Below, in pieces: positions 34,177 to 38,867 of a stretch of DNA of 38,867 bases (position 1 is the stretch's first letter; every line of letters starts with the position of its first letter). The stretch is from the NCBI GenBank assembly GCA_964498865.1, contig CAZCJN010000004.1:1-38867 (forward strand), in the 5' to 3' direction. Both the position numbers and the translations under genes were made by a program. This DNA comes from an uncultured Bacteroidia bacterium (GTDB taxonomy: Bacteria; Bacteroidota; Bacteroidia; Palsa-948). The notes beneath the pieces were generated by a model that saw only the letters and a program-made list of their open reading frames with translations, had not been told where the DNA came from and ran no database searches.

Positions 34177-34938
34177 ATGAAGGTTACATTTTTAGGAACA
34201 GGCACTTCTCAAGGAGTTCCGATTATTGGCTGCAAGTGTATTGTTTGCACTTCAACTAATCCTAAGGATAATCGCTTACGTACTTCTGTAATGATAGAGG
34301 TAAATGACAAGCGTTTTGTGATTGATACAGGTCCTGATTTTCGACAGCAAATGCTTACAGAAAAAGTAGATAACCTAACCGCTGTTATATACACACATGA
34401 ACATCGTGATCATGTTGCAGGTATGGATGATCTGCGAGCATTTAATTATGTGCTTAGAAGAAGAATGGATTTATATGCTACGATCAAAACACAGACTTCA
34501 CTTAAAGAGCAATTTTCGTATGCTTTTTCAGAAAACAAATATCCGGGAATTCCTGAGGTAAACTTACATACTATAGAGAATAAGCCCTTTACTATTGAAG
34601 GAGTAGAGTTTAAACCCATTCTTGTCAAGCATATGTATCTGGATGTATTGGGTTTTCGCATAGGTGATTTTACCTATATAACCGATGCAAATGCTATCTC
34701 AGATGAAGAAAAGAAAAAAGTTACAGGCTCACAAATAGTAGTGCTTAATGCTTTACGCCGAGAGCCTCATCCTTCTCATTTTACTTTTGCAGAAGCTGTA
34801 CAGTTGGCGCAAGAATTAAAATGTAAAACAACGTACCTGACTCATATTAGTCATCAGTTAGGCTTGCATGATGAGGTAGAAAAAGAAATGCCACCAGCTA
34901 TTAAATTAGCTTATGATGGACTTTCTTTGATTTTATAA
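34177..34938 (+). CDS. MBL-fold metallo-hydrolase (PhnP-like)
   Basis: It has an N-terminal Cys cluster (GCKCIVCTS), the HxHxDH motif (THEHRDHVAG) and is ~253 aa. Confidence 0.85.
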   Translation: MKVTFLGTGTSQGVPIIGCKCIVCTSTNPKDNRLRTSVMIEVNDKRFVIDTGPDFRQQMLTEKVDNLTAVIYTHEHRDHVAGMDDLRAFNYVLRRRMDLYATIKTQTSLKEQFSYAFSENKYPGIPEVNLHTIENKPFTIEGVEFKPILVKHMYLDVLGFRIGDFTYITDANAISDEEKKKVTGSQIVVLNALRREPHPSHFTFAEAVQLAQELKCKTTYLTHISHQLGLHDEVEKEMPPAIKLAYDGLSLIL

Positions 34939-36223
34939 TCAAACCAAGAAAGTTTTTCTGTTTGGGGTTTAAGGTATTAGCTAGCCCTTCCCCTAAAATG
35001 TTAAAAACATAAACTGTAATAAAGATAGCGATACCCGGGAAAACAGCCAGCCACCACGATGATGGAGATTGGTGAGCATTTGCCAGCAACGACCCCCATG
35101 TTACTTTTTCTGCAGGAACGCCTATTCCCAAAAATGATAAAGAAGACTCAATAAGGATTGTGGAGGCTATTCCAAAAGCAATAGTAACTAAAATGGGTGC
35201 TAAGGCATTAGGAATGGCATGTTTTACTATGATATTTAAGGAAGGTATACCTAATGCACGTGCCGCTTCAATGTATTCCAGCGAACGAATTCTTAGCATT
35301 TCTACTCGTATAAGTTTGGCAATAGTGGTCCATGAAACCATGCCGATGATAAACATGGAGAGATAGATGGTTGGTTTTAGAATAATGGAAGATATGGCAA
35401 TGATGATCAATAATACAGGTAGAGAATCTACAGTTTCAATGAACCTAGAAATAATCAAATCGAAAGGAATAGAAATTCTTTTTTTAAAAAATGAAATTCG
35501 TTTTAATGGCATGGCAACTAACCTTGAAAGATAGCATGATACAATAAGAATTAAAAATGAAATAATGAGCTGTATGATAAATGCCTCAAAAGAAATGGCA
35601 AGTGCATCTGTAATTTCATAGACACGAACAACAAAGCTTAAAAAAAGAGCAGGAAAGAAAAAAATAACTCCTACTATACAAGTAGCGAGAGATATTTTTA
35701 CTCTATCGTCTCCAAAATACCCTGCTAATGTTCCTATGGTAAGTCCTAATAACGTAGCAATGCACATAGCTAAGAAACCTATGGTAAGGGCTGTTCTTGT
35801 CCCGTGAATCAACCCCGCTAAAACATCCCTGCCTAATTCGTCGGTGCCAAGCCAATGTCTCCAAAATAGAGAGGGTACATTCTGTTTTTCCAAAGGAGAA
35901 ACAGAATGAATATTATAAATATCGAAACTTTGGGGGGAATAGGGTATAGGTGGAAAAATGGACCATTCATAACTGAGGTTCGTCCAATCTGCATTCTTAA
36001 ATTCATCCGGCCAGCCTGTAATGCCTACATCAACGCATATAGAACGAAAGGCAGGAAAAAAAACTTGAGTATTATATTTTGCAATAAGTGGTTTGTCATT
36101 TGCAATAACGTTTGCAAACAGGGAGATCAGAATAAAAGCAACTGTAATTTTTATTGCAATGCGAACAGCAATATTTTTATTGAAGTGTTTCCAACGACTA
36201 TATGATTCCTTATAAACTGACAT
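34901..36223 (-). CDS. ABC transporter permease (DppC/OppC-like) with additional internal TM segments
   Basis: The sequence shows HWLGTDELGRDVLAGLIHG, then the EAA-type loop YIEAARALGIPSLNIIVKHAIPNALAPIL. About 75 extra hydrophobic residues lie between GYFGDD and the conserved core. Confidence 0.78.
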   Translation of the reverse strand: MSVYKESYSRWKHFNKNIAVRIAIKITVAFILISLFANVIANDKPLIAKYNTQVFFPAFRSICVDVGITGWPDEFKNADWTNLSYEWSIFPPIPYSPQSFDIYNIHSVSPLEKQNVPSLFWRHWLGTDELGRDVLAGLIHGTRTALTIGFLAMCIATLLGLTIGTLAGYFGDDRVKISLATCIVGVIFFFPALFLSFVVRVYEITDALAISFEAFIIQLIISFLILIVSCYLSRLVAMPLKRISFFKKRISIPFDLIISRFIETVDSLPVLLIIIAISSIILKPTIYLSMFIIGMVSWTTIAKLIRVEMLRIRSLEYIEAARALGIPSLNIIVKHAIPNALAPILVTIAFGIASTILIESSLSFLGIGVPAEKVTWGSLLANAHQSPSSWWLAVFPGIAIFITVYVFNILGEGLANTLNPKQKNFLGLIIKSKKVHHKLI

Positions 36224-36253
36224 TCTTGAATTAAAGTATCGGCATAAAGATTA

Positions 36254-36261
36254 CAAAGCTA
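36254..36261 (-). promoter_or_regulatory. Putative -7 promoter box TAGCTTTG for the ABC permease gene
   Basis: This is an exact match, 30 nt upstream of ATG 36223. Confidence 0.4.
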
Positions 36262-36266
36262 GAGTA

Positions 36267-37706
36267 CTAACCGTACTTAAGAACCCGCATCATTGATTTA
36301 ATACTTATCATTCTGGTTGCAAATGCCCATAATCCGCAAGCAACAACCATAATTGAAAAGTTTATCATCCAATTTGGGTGAATGAGTTTTGATACGTAAT
36401 TTATAAGCACCACTCCTGCAATAAAAATAATAAGTGTTAGAATTAGTTTGTAATTGATCTTGAACTTAAAAATGTTTTGTGCAATAAGAACTTGAATAAA
36501 TGCAGTGCTGAATTGAGTAATGAGGCTGGATACAGCAGAGCCGGCAGCTTCAAAACGAGGTATTAAAAATAAATTCATAACAATATTAATGAGAATACCA
36601 CTGGCTGCCATTAAATTTAATTCCCTGAGATTTCCATTAGCTGTTAAGAGAGTACCAAAAATATAGGTAGTTGAAATAGCGGCAAAGCAGCTCATTAAAA
36701 TGGAAAATACTAAAGCCGATTGTTCAATATGCTCGTCATAAAGCATGCCGATTAGTTCTATAGAGTAGAACCAGCAACCAATGGCAATGATGACAGCAGG
36801 GGTCATAAGTAGTATAAACGCAGTTTTTACTAATGACTCTACTGATTCTTTATGTTTTATCATCTTTGAAAAAATAGGCAGCAATAATCCAGCAAATAAA
36901 AAGGCGATCATATTAGTAGCATCTAATAATCGGTAGCCTTGTGCATATATACCGGCTTGTTCTGCACCGTTAGAGAGCATACGTTCTATCATTACCGTAT
37001 CCAAACGGTTGTAGCAAGCCATTAGCATCATAAGTATAGCAAACGGGAAGCTCTTTTTTAAAATGGATATAGCAAATGCTCTGCTGAGTTTAAATTTACT
37101 ACCCGAAGTTTTTGTAAGAACAATAAAGAAGGCAATAATAGCGGTAGTCAGGTAAGATATCGTTTGAGCATACACATAATCCATGATATCCAATGGTCTG
37201 CCAAGTACGTTGTACCAAAGCAGCAACACACAAAGGATGATTAGTATAGATCTGTCTAATACAGAAACAATGCTATCTATCCAAAATAAATGCAGTGCTG
37301 CCAGATTAGAACGCAAATAAAGAATAAATGAAATTAAAAATTGATTAAATGCAAGTACAAGCATCAATTTTATTAAACGATAATCATACTGGATAACTAA
37401 TCCTATAATCAATACAATGATTAAATACGTAACTGCTAACAAAAGTTTTAATACTACTAACGATGAAAAATGTTTAGTAAGTAAATGGCTGTTCTGGGCT
37501 ATGCTTTTGTTGTTGAAATTGGTAATGCCTACATCCAACAATATATTTAAAACAAAAGAAAGATTGAATATGGCAAAATAAATACCATAATTCTCTGCTT
37601 GAACTACATTTTGCCATTTCACATCTATTATTAGAATGTAAAATGGTTTAATCAGCAGATTAATAAACAGTAAGAAGGCGAGGTTTGTAACAAATTTCTT
37701 TTGCAT
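36267..37706 (-). CDS. Oligosaccharide/polysaccharide flippase family (MOP/Wzx-like) membrane protein
   Basis: It is 479 aa and polytopic, with roughly 12-14 hydrophobic segments and a Wzx-like layout. No sharper motif was recognised. Confidence 0.7.
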   Translation of the reverse strand: MQKKFVTNLAFLLFINLLIKPFYILIIDVKWQNVVQAENYGIYFAIFNLSFVLNILLDVGITNFNNKSIAQNSHLLTKHFSSLVVLKLLLAVTYLIIVLIIGLVIQYDYRLIKLMLVLAFNQFLISFILYLRSNLAALHLFWIDSIVSVLDRSILIILCVLLLWYNVLGRPLDIMDYVYAQTISYLTTAIIAFFIVLTKTSGSKFKLSRAFAISILKKSFPFAILMMLMACYNRLDTVMIERMLSNGAEQAGIYAQGYRLLDATNMIAFLFAGLLLPIFSKMIKHKESVESLVKTAFILLMTPAVIIAIGCWFYSIELIGMLYDEHIEQSALVFSILMSCFAAISTTYIFGTLLTANGNLRELNLMAASGILINIVMNLFLIPRFEAAGSAVSSLITQFSTAFIQVLIAQNIFKFKINYKLILTLIIFIAGVVLINYVSKLIHPNWMINFSIMVVACGLWAFATRMISIKSMMRVLKYG

Positions 37707-37724
37707 TCAATAACAGAAAAGTAT

Positions 37725-38867
37725 TTATCGTATGATCATAAATTCCACCCTTCTGTTTTGCTGCTTCCCCTCTTCAGTAGTGTTAGGTGCAATGGGCTTG
37801 GTTGGGCCATACCATTTTAATACTACACGCTGTGTTTCAATTCCTTTTTTTACAAGGTAATTCCGTACTGCCTCAACCCGTTTTTTAGAAAGACTCATAT
37901 TGAATTTTAATGAAGAAGTATTATCTGTATGTCCTGAAAGTTTTAGTTTCCATGTAGGATTTTGTTTTAACAGATCAGCCAATACATCCAAGCCTTCAAT
38001 AGATGAAGGACGTATGATATCCTTACCTGAATCAAATACGAGTTCATCCATGGCCTGTTTTACTTTCTCTGCATCTTTTTTATTTAATTGAATAGGTATA
38101 TCTACTTCATTCATTAACCCCATTTTATTCGCATCTGCATCTATGTTTTCATAGTGAAAATATCCATCTGCACCTTTACGTACTACATATACTGATTTTC
38201 CGTTGGAGATAACAAATTCATTTGAGATAAGCACGTCATACGATTCCAATTTAAATAACGTATTTTCATCCATATCCAAGTTGGTGAAATTGAATTTACC
38301 ATCCTTATCCATTACAGCAGTAGCAATTATGTTTCCTTGCCTGTCAAGCAAGTATAGTTTTGCCGGAGGGCAACCTTCTTTTTCTATTATGCCCGCTATT
38401 TCCGGGCAGCGATCTTCGCTATCAATAATTCCGTCTGCATCTTTATCGGGGCAGCCATGTGCTGCAAGGCTGCCTTTTTCATTGGGGCATTTATCTTTGT
38501 TATCACTTACTCCGTCTCCATCAGCATCAGGGCAACCAAGCAATGCTGCAACGCCGGCAACATCCGGACATGAATCAAGTTTGTCTATTATCTTGTCTCC
38601 ATCAGCATCGGGACAACCGTTAAGGTCTGCTAAACCTGCTGCATCGGGGCAACTATCTTTCTTATCTATTATTTTATCTCCGTCTACATCGGGACATCCG
38701 TTGAATTCTGCCAATCCTATTATATCCGGACAAGAGTCAAGCTTATCGGTTATTTTATCATTATCTCTATCCGGACACCCATTGAACTCTATAGTTCCTT
38801 TTTCATTAGGGCATTTATCTGTTTTATTGGGTATGCCGTCTTGGTCAATATCTTTTTTTGTAGAGTA
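37725..38867 (-). CDS. OmpA family protein with thrombospondin type 3 (calcium-binding) repeats; the 5' end lies beyond the window
   Basis: The reading frame stays open to nt 38867, and the listed start at 38714 is an internal TTG. GCPDxDxDxIxDxxDxCP units repeat. The C-terminal OmpA_C block is LVFDSGKDII...SGHTDNTSSLKFNMSLSKKRVEAVRNYL...NRRVEFMI. Confidence 0.85.
   Translation of the reverse strand, partial: YSTKKDIDQDGIPNKTDKCPNEKGTIEFNGCPDRDNDKITDKLDSCPDIIGLAEFNGCPDVDGDKIIDKKDSCPDAAGLADLNGCPDADGDKIIDKLDSCPDVAGVAALLGCPDADGDGVSDNKDKCPNEKGSLAAHGCPDKDADGIIDSEDRCPEIAGIIEKEGCPPAKLYLLDRQGNIIATAVMDKDGKFNFTNLDMDENTLFKLESYDVLISNEFVISNGKSVYVVRKGADGYFHYENIDADANKMGLMNEVDIPIQLNKKDAEKVKQAMDELVFDSGKDIIRPSSIEGLDVLADLLKQNPTWKLKLSGHTDNTSSLKFNMSLSKKRVEAVRNYLVKKGIETQRVVLKWYGPTKPIAPNTTEEGKQQNRRVEFMIIR
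38367..38867 (-). repeat. At least 7 tandem ~23-aa thrombospondin type 3-like Asp-rich repeats within the OmpA-family CDS
   Basis: The unit GCPD(A/V/K/R)D(G/A/N)D.(I/V).D..D.CP......... repeats from the window edge to about aa 116 of the listed ORF. Confidence 0.8.

Overview
The window is an AT-rich, tightly packed chromosomal segment that looks like Bacteroidota. Supporting signs are type IX secretion (T9SS) sorting domains, a PorP/SprF gene, type III glutamine synthetase, HemJ, a fused E1 alpha/beta dehydrogenase, TAnnTTTG-type promoter boxes, and no Shine-Dalgarno sequences. Most of it is housekeeping: kdsB, hemJ, gmhA, comM, serS, rplU-rpmA, pyrF, prfA, purM, glnN, fahA and envelope or polysaccharide genes. 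I saw no rRNA or tRNA genes, CRISPR arrays, transposases, integrases or recognisable defence genes. The one clearly accessory block is 16.8-27.9 kb. It holds a PorE-like TPR/beta-propeller/OmpA protein transcribed divergently from a 2283-aa surface protein. That protein has 26 tandem SprB-type Cys repeats, a type B T9SS C-terminal domain and a TTG start. It is followed by a PorP/SprF-like gene and a small type A CTD protein of unknown function. Other points worth a second look: an unlisted 41-aa TM plus Cys-rich small ORF with its own promoter box and hairpin/T-tract in the 503-nt gap upstream of glnN; three phased C-tracts in the glnN upstream region; promoter -7 boxes only 4-9 nt from many start codons, suggesting leaderless mRNAs; and a lipocalin-like gene with no signal peptide next to a lipoprotein paralogue. 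I cannot point to a clearly new multi-gene system. The T9SS cargo module is the best candidate, and its gene classes are already known. All calls rest on reading the sequence and recalling family motifs; no searches were run.
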